Source: Planctomycetaceae bacterium (GTDB taxonomy: Bacteria; Planctomycetota; Planctomycetia; Pirellulales; UBA1268). From it: a stretch of 52,526 bases of DNA. Under the pieces are notes generated by a model that did no database searches, had not been told where the DNA came from, and saw only the letters and a program-made list of their open reading frames with translations. Shown piece by piece: positions 1 through 8,738 of this stretch. How positions within the stretch are numbered: position 1 is the stretch's first letter; every line of letters starts with the position of its first letter. The translations under genes and the position numbers were made by a program. The stretch covers positions 1 through 52,526 of the forward strand of contig JBJSXB010000253.1 of NCBI GenBank assembly GCA_046086245.1, written 5' to 3'.

Positions 1-532
1 CGTATCCCTCGACTCCCTCGACGGCCACGGACGGTTCTCCCTGGGGTGTGGCTGGAGTCCGCGACGGCACGGACGCTTCGGGTCGCTGGCGGCGGATCAC
101 CGCGAAACCGGCACGGACACCGGCGCGATCCCTTCGAAGACCGCGGAGGGGGCGGAGTGTAGAAACCTCCGTTCGCACCGCGTAGGCCAACCACTCGTGC
201 CTGTCCCCGGATCGCATCCAGAAAAGACGACGCACAATACGCACAATCTCCAGGCAACCCAGATTTCCAAATCGGATCATTCTGTTGATGCGTCCTTCGG
301 CATCGCATCGCAAGGCATGGATGTGTGTGCCTGCGGGCTTTGGGTCGTCTGGGGGTTGTGTGGCGTTTTCGGAAGTGCAGGGGGGCTCGGTCAAAGGCGT
401 TGTCGCCGAACTCCCTGGGTAGCCGACATCTGGAATCGGGGAAGTGCCTGCAGCCAGGGACGGTCGGCAAGCAGCTCCACGCGGTGACCCTCCGGTCGCC
501 GCCGTCGGCGTCCGAGGGGCGGAGGGATTCGC

Positions 533-1267
533 GTGCCCGGGTATCGCGTGCACATCGCCGGCTCGGCGCTGGTGGGAGCCGGCTACGCGGCCGCCGGCTA
601 CGCCGCCGGCGATATGCCGCCGGTGACGTGTGCCCTCGCCGCGACGCTGTGCGGCGCCGCCGGCATGGTTCCCGACCTCGACGCCGGCCCTTCGGAGCCG
701 CTGCGCGAAAGTGTCGCCCTGTTGGCGGCGGTGGTGCCGCTGATGATGCTCCACCGCTTGCAGCAGTGGGGGTTGCCGCTCGACGGAATCGTGCTGGCCG
801 GCGCGGCAATCTATCTCGTCGTGCGCTTCGGCCTCGGATGGATCCTCGCCAACCACGCCGTCCACCGCGGCATGTTCCACAGCGTGCCCGCCGCCGTCGT
901 CGCCGGCCTGCTCACCTATCTGGCCGCCGGTGGCGACGATCCGCTGCACCGCTACTTCATCGCCGGTGCGGTGGTCCTCGGCTTCCTCTCCCATCTCGTG
1001 CTCGACGAGATCTGGAGCGCCACCCAGGGCATGTTCGGGCCGAAGCACAAGAAGGGGTTCGGCACCGCACTGAAGTTCCACGGTGGCGAGGCGTGGGCGA
1101 ATCTCCTCACCTACGTACTCGTGGTGGCGCTCGGGGGTCTGGCCGCCTACGACGCGTCGCGGAGCGAGCAGAGCCTGCAAATGAAGCGCTACGCCCGTCA
1201 ACAGATGGAGCAGGCGTCGCGGATGATGCAGGGAGTGCCGCAACAGCCCTGGCAACTGCGCCGCTGA
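533..1267 (+). CDS. Membrane-bound metal-dependent hydrolase, YdjM/DUF457-like
   Basis: GTG start. N-terminal 'HIAGSALVGAGY' His/Gly motif, several TM helices, later conserved His residues ('NHAVHRGMFHS', 'SHLVLDE'). This is the only non-shadow frame in the region. Confidence 0.55.
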   Translation: MPGYRVHIAGSALVGAGYAAAGYAAGDMPPVTCALAATLCGAAGMVPDLDAGPSEPLRESVALLAAVVPLMMLHRLQQWGLPLDGIVLAGAAIYLVVRFGLGWILANHAVHRGMFHSVPAAVVAGLLTYLAAGGDDPLHRYFIAGAVVLGFLSHLVLDEIWSATQGMFGPKHKKGFGTALKFHGGEAWANLLTYVLVVALGGLAAYDASRSEQSLQMKRYARQQMEQASRMMQGVPQQPWQLRR

Positions 1268-1350
1268 CCGACCGCCACCCCGACGTTTGCCATGGGGCCG
1301 CGGCGCGGCGATGATCGCGGGCGGTTCCTCCACCGCCATCGGAACGGTCC

Positions 1351-2250
1351 ATGACACTCCCCGTGGCCGCGATCGACGCCCCCGGCCCGGCGGCCTCGCT
1401 GACGGCCTACTTGCTGGTGATCGCCGCGGCAGCGCTCGCGGGCGGCTCGTCGTTGGCCCTCGTCGCGCTCGGCCACCGACGGATGCAGGTGTTGTTGTCG
1501 TTCACCGGCGGTGTGATGCTCGGCGTCGGACTGCTCCACCTGCTGCCCCACGGTCATTACGAACTCGGCGGCGACGTCGAGACCACGATGGGGTGGGTAC
1601 TCGGTGGCTTCACCGTCATGTTCCTGCTCGAGCGGGCGTTCCACGGACACGCTCACCACGCCGCCGACGGCTCGCACGACGCCGGCTGCCGGCACGACCA
1701 CGGGCCTGCCGGGGGCGCAGCCGCCACCGGCCGCTGGTCATGGGTGGGCGCGCTGATCGGCCTGTCACTCCACAGCCTCGCCGACGGTGCCGCGTTGGCC
1801 GCCGCCGTCGAGGCGGGAGGGCCGGACGGGGGCGGCCTCGTGGGGTTCGCCACCTTCCTGGCGATCGCCGTCCACAAACCGATCGACGCCTGCGTGATCG
1901 CGACGCTGCTCATCGGCGCCGGGGCGCCCGCGGCGCGCCGGCGGTGGGTGAACATCGGCTATGCCCTCGTCGTGCCGTTGGGCGCGATCGCCTACCTGGC
2001 GAGCCTGCGCTGGTTCGGCGGCGGCCACGAGATCATCACCGGTGCCAGCCTCGCGGCGGCGGGCGGAGCGTTCATCTGCATCGCCGCGGCCGACCTGCTC
2101 CCGGAAGTCGAATTCCACAGCCACGACCGGCTGCTGTTGAGCGTGGCGCTGTTTCTCGGACTCGGCGTGGCGGTGGGCATCACCGCCGTGGAACGCGCCT
2201 CACCGGCCCATGCGGCCCATGCCGCCGGAGACCATCCACACCGTCATTGA
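1351..2250 (+). CDS. ZIP-family divalent metal (Zn/Fe) transporter
   Basis: Multi-TM protein with a His-rich cytoplasmic loop ('HGHAHHAADGSHDAGCRHDH'). ZIP-like TM motifs 'LHSLADGAALAAA' and 'AVHKPIDA'. His-rich C-terminus. Confidence 0.8.
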   Translation: MTLPVAAIDAPGPAASLTAYLLVIAAAALAGGSSLALVALGHRRMQVLLSFTGGVMLGVGLLHLLPHGHYELGGDVETTMGWVLGGFTVMFLLERAFHGHAHHAADGSHDAGCRHDHGPAGGAAATGRWSWVGALIGLSLHSLADGAALAAAVEAGGPDGGGLVGFATFLAIAVHKPIDACVIATLLIGAGAPAARRRWVNIGYALVVPLGAIAYLASLRWFGGGHEIITGASLAAAGGAFICIAAADLLPEVEFHSHDRLLLSVALFLGLGVAVGITAVERASPAHAAHAAGDHPHRH

Positions 2251-2816
2251 TCCGCCCTGCCGGCGATCGGTTCGACATCAAGTCCGCGTGCGGCGCGGAC
2301 CGCGCGCACTTCGTCGAGTACCTCCTCGACGAGTTCGTGCTGGCGGCGGATTCCCGGCACCTGTGCGAGAAAGCACCACGCCACGACCCCCATCAGGCCC
2401 AGGGCGCCGACGAGATGCGGCGTCACCCAAGCGGCGGTGCCGGGGCGGCCACTGGCCGGGTCGGCCGCGCCGCCGAGCGCGACGATGCCGACCACCGCCC
2501 CCATCCCGACGAGTGCCAAGGGAAAGGCGCGGCGCTTCAGCCGGCGGCTGCGGAGATCGAAATCCTCGGCCAGGGAGTAGGTCTCGGCCACTTCCCGGCA
2601 CCAGCGGCCGGTGCCGATGAAATAGGTGACCGCCATGCTGTTGACCAGCACGACCATCAGGGCGGCGAGGACCCCCGACAGGCGGTGAACCGTGGCCCAG
2701 CGAAGGACCGCCGGGTCGGTCTGACCGTGGAGATCACCGATCCACAAGCCGAGGCCGGCGGTGGCGACCAACAACGCGATGGCGAAGGCCGCCACCCGTG
2801 AGAAGACCCGTTCCAT
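2244..2816 (-). CDS. Hypothetical integral membrane protein
   Basis: ATG start and four predicted TM helices. Composition is coding-like compared with the overlapping shadow ORFs. Converges on the ZIP gene with a 7-nt overlap. No recognisable family. Confidence 0.5.
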   Translation of the reverse strand: MERVFSRVAAFAIALLVATAGLGLWIGDLHGQTDPAVLRWATVHRLSGVLAALMVVLVNSMAVTYFIGTGRWCREVAETYSLAEDFDLRSRRLKRRAFPLALVGMGAVVGIVALGGAADPASGRPGTAAWVTPHLVGALGLMGVVAWCFLAQVPGIRRQHELVEEVLDEVRAVRAARGLDVEPIAGRADQ

Positions 2817-2948
2817 GCGACGACATCCCCGCGACCGGAAGCCTGCGAATCACCCACCCACGTTATAGGCTGGCGCACGCTGGCGGGGCAGCACGCGTGG
2901 GTGCGTGCCGCCGCACCCCTGCCCTGCCCTTCCCCGTCTTCAGTCGCC

Positions 2949-4049
2949 ATGACCACTCCTGCATCCCGTCCCCCCTCGATCGTCGTGACCTGCGGCGACC
3001 CCGCCGGCATCGGACCGGAGGTGGTGCTGAAGGCGTGGGCACGGTCGCCCGCGCACGCGCGGGCGCGGCTCCGCGTCGTGGCCGATCCGGAGTGGCTCTC
3101 GGCAACGCTCCCCGCCGTGCCCGGTATGCCTCCCCTGGGCGTGACCGTCATCGATGCCGCCGACGAGCGACCCTCCTCCGCCGACCGCGTCCTCGTCGTC
3201 GCACCGGCGGTGCCGTCGGCGCCGGTGCGCCGCGGCGTGGCCAGCGCGGCCGGCGGGGCGGCGGCGGTGGCCGCGCTTGAAACCGCGTGGCGATTGCTGG
3301 CGGCCGCACGGCCGGCGCCGGCCGCGCTCGTCACCGGCCCGCTGCACAAGGGGGCGTTGCACGCCGCCGGCCACGACGTGCCCGGCCATACCGAGTGGCT
3401 CGCACGCGCCTGTGGCGCGGCGGATGACGCGGCGTCGATGATGCTGTGGCTCCCCCCCGCCCCCGGCGGCGCCGGTGACGGGCTGGGGGTCGTCCATGCC
3501 ACGCTCCACGAATCGCTCGCCGGGGCCCTGTCCCGGTTGTCGGCCGAGCGGATCAGCGCCGCCGGCATGCGGCTCGCCCCGGTGCTTGCCGCGCTCGTCG
3601 GGCGTGCGCCGCGCCTCGCCGTGGCGGCGCTCAATCCCCACGGCGGCGAGGGGGGGCTGTTCGGCGACGAGGAGGGCCGTGTCGTCGCCCCGGCGGTCGG
3701 TGCGATGGTGTCGGCTGGCCTCGACGCCACCGGACCGTGGCCCGCCGACACGCTGTTTCAACGCGCGGCCGCCGGCGCCTACGACGGCGTGGTCGCCCTG
3801 TACCACGACCAGGGGCACATCCCGATCAAACTCCTGGGAATGCACCGCGCCGTGAACATCACCCTCGGTTTGCCGGTGGTGCGCACGAGCGTCGCCCACG
3901 GCACCGCGTTCGACATCGTCGGGACCGGCAGGGCCGACGCATCGAGCATGCTGGCGGCGATCGACGCCGCGGAGCGCCTGCTGCGCGCCGGATGGATCGG
4001 CGGTGACGCCGGCCTCAGGGCCTCAACGGCTTCAGGTAGGCGACCGTGA
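2949..4049 (+). CDS. pdxA: 4-hydroxythreonine-4-phosphate dehydrogenase
   Basis: PdxA hallmarks: 'TCGDPAGIGPEV', 'GHTEWLA', 'LNPHGGEGGLFG', 'ALYHDQGHIPIKLLG', 'NITLGLPVVRTSVAHGTAFDI'. Start moved to the internal ATG at 2949 (MTTPASRPPSIVVTCGDP). Confidence 0.9.
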   Translation: MTTPASRPPSIVVTCGDPAGIGPEVVLKAWARSPAHARARLRVVADPEWLSATLPAVPGMPPLGVTVIDAADERPSSADRVLVVAPAVPSAPVRRGVASAAGGAAAVAALETAWRLLAAARPAPAALVTGPLHKGALHAAGHDVPGHTEWLARACGAADDAASMMLWLPPAPGGAGDGLGVVHATLHESLAGALSRLSAERISAAGMRLAPVLAALVGRAPRLAVAALNPHGGEGGLFGDEEGRVVAPAVGAMVSAGLDATGPWPADTLFQRAAAGAYDGVVALYHDQGHIPIKLLGMHRAVNITLGLPVVRTSVAHGTAFDIVGTGRADASSMLAAIDAAERLLRAGWIGGDAGLRASTASGRRP

Positions 4050-5079
4050 TGTCGGTCAGATCGACGAGCGGATCGTCGTTGGGACGATGGACGAACGCGG
4101 CCGCATCGACCGGATCGCCGAGGCGCACGTCGTAGAACTCCATCACCCCCACCACCTCGACCGGTGCCGTGGTCGGGCGGCGTCCCGGCACCGCCGACCA
4201 TTCGACGCGGAACGGAAATAATTCCCGCCGGCTGATCGCCATGCGCACGCTCCAGGGCAGTCCCTCGGGCAGGTCGGCGGCGTTCACCGGCGCGCCGGAG
4301 CGGATCGCATCGGCGCGGTCGGGCAGCAGTCCGGCGAGGCGTTCGCGGTCCCACTCGCCGCTCACCAGCCAGGCGGGGACCCCCTCGACCTCGACGGCGG
4401 CCACCTGGGTGAAGCGGAACCACTCGCGCGTCTTGGCGAGCGGTTTGAGGATGCCGCCGAGGTAGGCCGCCGTGTCGCCGCGGGCGAGCAGTCCGAGCGT
4501 GCCGAGATGCTCGCGCAGGCGGCGGACGTCGATCCGCTCTACCCCGGGGGGCAGCGTTCCGTAGCGGCGCGTGTTCCAGAAGAACAGGCCGTCGCACACC
4601 TCGAGTACGTCGAACTCCTCCGTCTCCGCGGAAAGGCGGGTCTCGAAACGGAAACGCTGCTCCTCGTCGACGCCCGACTGCACGTAGCGTCCGCCTCCCT
4701 TGAGCACCGTGTCGCCGACGCGGGCCAATTGCCGGACGCGCAGCGAAATGCTCGGTGCGCGCGCGATGCCCGCCAGGGCCGCCGTCACGATGCGTTCGGC
4801 CCGGCCATCGTCCGACCCCGGGGGGTCCGGGGCAGCGGCTTCGACGATGGATGCCGGGGACGGTCGGTCGCCATCGGGCGGTGTGGCGTCGGGGGTGGCA
4901 GGGTCCGCCGGCGGCGCGGGGTCGGGGACGACGGCCGGCTGGGCCGATCGCCGGTAGACGCTTTCTCCCGCCCCGGCGCTCGTCGCCGCGAGGCAGGCGA
5001 TGCCGGCGACGAGTCTGCCCACCCACCCCCCGGCGAGGCGGCGCGTGCTGGGCAAGATGCGCGGATGGAAGGCGATCAC
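4015..5079 (-). CDS. Exported hypothetical protein, LolA/outer-membrane-lipoprotein-sorting-like C-terminal domain
   Basis: GTG at 5079 gives a signal-peptide-like N-terminus (RRLAGGWVGRLVAGIACLAATSAGA) followed by a Pro/Asp-rich linker. The C-terminal half (GGGRYVQSG..FRFETRL..FDVLEVCDGLFFWN..WLVSGEWD) resembles LolA/RseB-type half-barrel proteins. The start is uncertain; the ORF track extends to 5427. Confidence 0.45.
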   Translation of the reverse strand: MIAFHPRILPSTRRLAGGWVGRLVAGIACLAATSAGAGESVYRRSAQPAVVPDPAPPADPATPDATPPDGDRPSPASIVEAAAPDPPGSDDGRAERIVTAALAGIARAPSISLRVRQLARVGDTVLKGGGRYVQSGVDEEQRFRFETRLSAETEEFDVLEVCDGLFFWNTRRYGTLPPGVERIDVRRLREHLGTLGLLARGDTAAYLGGILKPLAKTREWFRFTQVAAVEVEGVPAWLVSGEWDRERLAGLLPDRADAIRSGAPVNAADLPEGLPWSVRMAISRRELFPFRVEWSAVPGRRPTTAPVEVVGVMEFYDVRLGDPVDAAAFVHRPNDDPLVDLTDITVAYLKPLRP

Positions 5080-5296
5080 GATCGGAGCGACTCTGCCGGT
5101 TTTGCCAAAGAAAACGCCGCCAGAAGGACGAATCACGATGCAGTTCCGGCGGCGATCGAGCGGCGGAACGGGTGCGTCGTGCCGGGAGTGTAGGGAGACG
5201 GTCCGGACCACCCAAGATCGACCCAGACCGGGCCCCGGCGGGCCCGCAGCCGCGGCAAGCGCGGCCCAACCGTCCACTGGCCTCGGAGGTGACGCG

Positions 5297-6556
5297 ATGG
5301 TGAAACGACCTCTCCACGGCTTCGTCGGCATGTCGCTGGCGCTGTCGCTGACCGGGTGCACGATCCCGGCCAATTCGCCCCTCACCGGGCTGGCCCAGAT
5401 CCGGCCCGTCGCCACCCCCCACACCAACGTCCTGCCTCCGGCTGCGATGCTCCACCACCCCGGTCCCGGTGTCGAGGGGCCCGGCCCCGGCGTGATCGCC
5501 CCGGCGTCCTACGAGCAGGCGCTCGAGGCCGCGGCCGAGGAAGCCGGACTCGGCGCCGGCGGCGGCGGGCTGCCCGGAGCCAATCTGCCGGTGTCGCAGA
5601 TCGGCTTCATCGGTCCCGACGGGATGCAGGTCCGCTGGGACGTGTCGGCTCTCGGCGGCTTCGACTCGACGCCGCTGGTGACGCCGGGCCGCTACGATTT
5701 CGCTCAGGGGGCGATCTACCGCCTCAAAGTCACCGACATTCCGGGCCGGGCCGGGCTCGAACTCTATCCGACGCTCGAAGTCGCCCCGGTGACCCCGCGG
5801 ACCGACGCCTTCCTGGCCCACAACGCCGTGCCGTTCCAACTCACCGAGGAGGACCTCGACCAGGTGACGACGGGCAACTTCGTGACCAAGGTGGTCTATC
5901 TGCCCGATCCCGACTATCAGGAACTCGCCGTCGCGGGGGTCGAGACGCTCGTCAGCACACGGCTCGATCCGGGCTGTGATCCCGTGGTCGAAGCCGACCG
6001 GCGCGGCTCGATCCTGGCGATCATCCGCATCGGCAACAAGGATCTGGAATCGAACGGACCGGCGGGCGGCGCCACGGCCGGAGCGACTCCGATCGGCGCC
6101 ATGGGCCCGGGTGGCGGCGTCTGCCCCACCGGCGCGGCGCTGCCGCTCGGCATGCCCTGTGGCGGCAATCCCGGTCAGGTGCCCCCCGCCTTCCTCGCCG
6201 GCATGACCGCGCCGCAGTACGGGCTGCCCTACACCGGCACCCCGATCGGTCTGCCGGGACCGGCCCACATCCCGCTCGGGATTCCCGCCGGTCTGCAGAA
6301 GCACACGATCACCAACCACACCAAGATGCACATCCCGCCCCCGACGCGCGAGTTGAAACTCCACGTCCAGCAGTACCCCGGCTTGAGCTATCCCAAGCCG
6401 GCCCACCGGGCCTACATCGCGGAGCGGTCCGACGTGCCCAACATCCGTCTCCGGCAGCCGAAGGAGGAACGGACGCGCTACGCCGACAACGGCGGGCCCG
6501 ATGCCGACACCGCGGCCGGGGAATGCCCGCCGGCCCCGGAGAACTACCTCCCCTGA
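5297..6556 (+). CDS. Lipoprotein of unknown function; carries one copy of a domain shared with the next gene
   Basis: GGAGG lies 7 nt before the ATG. Lipobox 'LALSLTGC'. The central domain (GPDGMQVRW..YRLKVTDIPGRAGLELYPTLEV..VTKVVYLPD..ILAIIRIGNK) aligns with the 6609-7346 product. Gly/Pro-rich C-terminal half. Confidence 0.65.
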   Translation: MVKRPLHGFVGMSLALSLTGCTIPANSPLTGLAQIRPVATPHTNVLPPAAMLHHPGPGVEGPGPGVIAPASYEQALEAAAEEAGLGAGGGGLPGANLPVSQIGFIGPDGMQVRWDVSALGGFDSTPLVTPGRYDFAQGAIYRLKVTDIPGRAGLELYPTLEVAPVTPRTDAFLAHNAVPFQLTEEDLDQVTTGNFVTKVVYLPDPDYQELAVAGVETLVSTRLDPGCDPVVEADRRGSILAIIRIGNKDLESNGPAGGATAGATPIGAMGPGGGVCPTGAALPLGMPCGGNPGQVPPAFLAGMTAPQYGLPYTGTPIGLPGPAHIPLGIPAGLQKHTITNHTKMHIPPPTRELKLHVQQYPGLSYPKPAHRAYIAERSDVPNIRLRQPKEERTRYADNGGPDADTAAGECPPAPENYLP

Positions 6557-6608
6557 TCACCGGCATTGCCGTCGGATTCGTCTCGGACCTCGTTTGATCG
6601 TTGGACCC

Positions 6609-7346
6609 ATGCGCATCACCCGCTCCGCCGGATCACCGTACGGGTCACCGGAATCGCGGGAAACGGCGTCGGCATCCCGCCGCCGCCGTGTCTGGACAGG
6701 GACCGCGCTGCGGATCGCACGCGGGCTGCTGGCGACCCTGCTCGTGTCGTCGATCGGTGTGGCGGGTGCGTCCCGTCAGGCCGTCGGCGGCGAGCTGGGC
6801 TCCGTCGCCATCAGTGCACCACCGGGAGCGATTGGCGCCTGGCGGCGTCCGCAGACCGGTCCCTGTCCGGACATCCCGCTGGCTGCCCACCTCCAGCCGA
6901 TCGCGATTCGCGGTCCGGAGGGGATGCTGGTGGCGATCGAGACCGCCGAAGGGTGGACAACGCTCCAGGCGGCGCCGCTCCGGACGGCCCTCGTGGTGGG
7001 TGCGCCGTACCGATTGCGGATCGGCGGCATCCCGGGCGCGGAGGGGGAAGAGCTCTATCCGTCGGTGCGTGTCCTGGCCCGGCTCGCCACCCCCCCCGGT
7101 CTCGAGCGCCGCTTCCCCGTGGAGATCGTGCTCGACGAAAGCGACCTAACCGCCGCGCGCGGCGGTGCCCATGTCCGGCGCGTGGTCTACGTCGCCTTCG
7201 ACAACCAGATGCGGGACATCGGGCCCGACGACTGGTTCGACGTCCGGCCCGGTGACGACTGCTTCGACGTGGCCACCACGCTCGGCGCGCCGATCGCCGA
7301 GGTGGTGATCGGCAACCGCCTTCCCAGCGGGGGCGCGACGCCGTGA
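6609..7346 (+). CDS. Exported hypothetical protein, paralogous domain to the 5297-6556 product
   Basis: Arg-rich n-region plus hydrophobic core (RIARGLLATLLVSSIGVAGASRQ). Shared domain: GPEGMLVAI..YRLRIGGIPGAEGEELYPSVRV..VRRVVYVAFD..IAEVVIGNR. The stop overlaps the next start (GTGA). Confidence 0.6.
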   Translation: MRITRSAGSPYGSPESRETASASRRRRVWTGTALRIARGLLATLLVSSIGVAGASRQAVGGELGSVAISAPPGAIGAWRRPQTGPCPDIPLAAHLQPIAIRGPEGMLVAIETAEGWTTLQAAPLRTALVVGAPYRLRIGGIPGAEGEELYPSVRVLARLATPPGLERRFPVEIVLDESDLTAARGGAHVRRVVYVAFDNQMRDIGPDDWFDVRPGDDCFDVATTLGAPIAEVVIGNRLPSGGATP

Positions 7347-8611
7347 ACGACGACGCATCCCGGTCCGGTTCGCGCCTCCGCTTCATCGCCATCGCCGTGG
7401 CGGTGCTGGTGTTGACCGGTTGCCGTGCGGTCGGACCGCGTGCCACCCCGATCGGAGCCCATCGCGGCCCCGCCGACCCCGCGGTGGCGCCGGTCCCCGC
7501 GGAGGACCACGGCCTCACCGGGACGGTGGTCACGGTGACCCACGACGAACCGCTCGTCGATCTTCCCGCCGCATCCGGCGTCGCCCGCTCCCCTGCCCTG
7601 CCGGCTCCCAGCGGCGGCGGCGACCGAACGTGCGAGCGCTGCTCGACGGCGGCGTGCCAGGAACCCGTCTGCCTCCCCCCCCTGCCCCCTCCGGTGATCA
7701 TCGCCCCGCCGGTGTGCGATGGTGGCGACCACGGTCGTCCGGCCGTGCCCGTGGGGCGTGACGGCATCGCACACGTCAGCGCCGGCGACACGGTGGCTCG
7801 CTACCGCGCGGCCGACGGCATCGACACCGACGAAGCATGCCTCGCCACCACCAACTGCGCCTGCGTGTTCGCGCCGCGGTTCGCCAGCGTCCGCGAGGTG
7901 ATCAGACCGTTCGAAGATACGGCCCCCACCGGCCCGCAGGGGTTGGCGCTCGACACCGCCCCCGAGGCCGACGTGCGCGGCCAGCGTGTCTGCCGGGCGA
8001 CGCAGCCGATCGGCCCGGAGGCGGCGCGCCGCGCACAGCCCACCGTCGCCGCGGAAGAGCACCTGCCGGCGCTGGGTATCGACACCGCACGGATCCCGAG
8101 CCAGGCGGAGGGCCTCGAGGGCCCCGCCGGCCGCTTCGCCATCGACGGACCCCGGCGCCACGAGCAGGTGGACGATCCACGCACCGTCACCGGTTTCGAC
8201 GTGCCGTATGCGTGGACATGCCTGTCGGCCGCACAGGTCACCGTCGGCGGCGAATCGACCGACGTGATCGCGGTCGACCGCGGCACCGCCACGCTGCGGC
8301 TGGAGCATCCGGGGCGCTGCGAGTTGACGCTCTGCAAGCGGGCGGGAAGCGACGCGGTCCGACCGGGCGAGGAACTCGACTTCACGATCTTCCTGCTCAA
8401 TTCGGGTGATCGTGCACTGGCGGACGTCGTGCTCGTCGATGCCGTGCCGCCGCGGCTGGAGGTGATTCCGGGGAGCGCCGTCAGCAACCTCCCCGCCGAC
8501 GTCTCGACCGGCACGGCGGAGGACGGCGGCACCCTGCTCTCCTGGAAGCTGCGGGATCCCCTCCCCGCCGGGGCGGGCGGCTTCGTCCGCTTCCGCACGA
8601 TCGTCCGCTGA
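7343..8611 (+). CDS. Lipoprotein with a Cys-rich N-terminal region and a DUF11-type (conserved repeat) C-terminal domain
   Basis: GTG start overlaps the previous stop. Lipobox 'VLVLTGC'. Cys cluster 'CERCSTAACQEPVC..VCDGGDHG..CLATTNCAC'. C-terminus 'PGEELDFTIFLLNSGDRALADVVLVDAVPPRLEVIPGS' is typical of DUF11 beta-sandwich repeats. Confidence 0.6.
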   Translation: MNDDASRSGSRLRFIAIAVAVLVLTGCRAVGPRATPIGAHRGPADPAVAPVPAEDHGLTGTVVTVTHDEPLVDLPAASGVARSPALPAPSGGGDRTCERCSTAACQEPVCLPPLPPPVIIAPPVCDGGDHGRPAVPVGRDGIAHVSAGDTVARYRAADGIDTDEACLATTNCACVFAPRFASVREVIRPFEDTAPTGPQGLALDTAPEADVRGQRVCRATQPIGPEAARRAQPTVAAEEHLPALGIDTARIPSQAEGLEGPAGRFAIDGPRRHEQVDDPRTVTGFDVPYAWTCLSAAQVTVGGESTDVIAVDRGTATLRLEHPGRCELTLCKRAGSDAVRPGEELDFTIFLLNSGDRALADVVLVDAVPPRLEVIPGSAVSNLPADVSTGTAEDGGTLLSWKLRDPLPAGAGGFVRFRTIVR

Positions 8612-8738
8612 TCGTCGGCCCGCGAGTGGGTTTGCGGCGATGCGCGGACCGGCGGTAGCATCCCGTGGCGGTTCGGCATCCACACCGCGTTGGCTGCCGT
8701 CGTCGCTCCCCGGCCACCGTTTTCTTCCCGAGGCATCC

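Noticed and set aside
1-196. Possible partial gene at the 5' window edge
   Set aside because: Frame 2 is open from the edge, but it runs into the AT-richer region and the implausible 197..487 ORF. There are no recognisable motifs in any frame, and the sequence is too short to call.
380-470. Cobalamin or other riboswitch in the 5' leader (GGAATCGGGGAAG string)
   Set aside because: There is no B12 box (GCCACTG) or other diagnostic core, and the downstream genes are not typical cobalamin-regulated genes.
3779-6406. 875-aa minus-strand ORF spanning the pdxA end, the LolA-like gene and the first lipoprotein gene
   Set aside because: Extreme Arg/Gly/Pro/Ala composition and no motifs. It overlaps frames that carry clear protein signatures. 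This is a typical high-GC shadow ORF.
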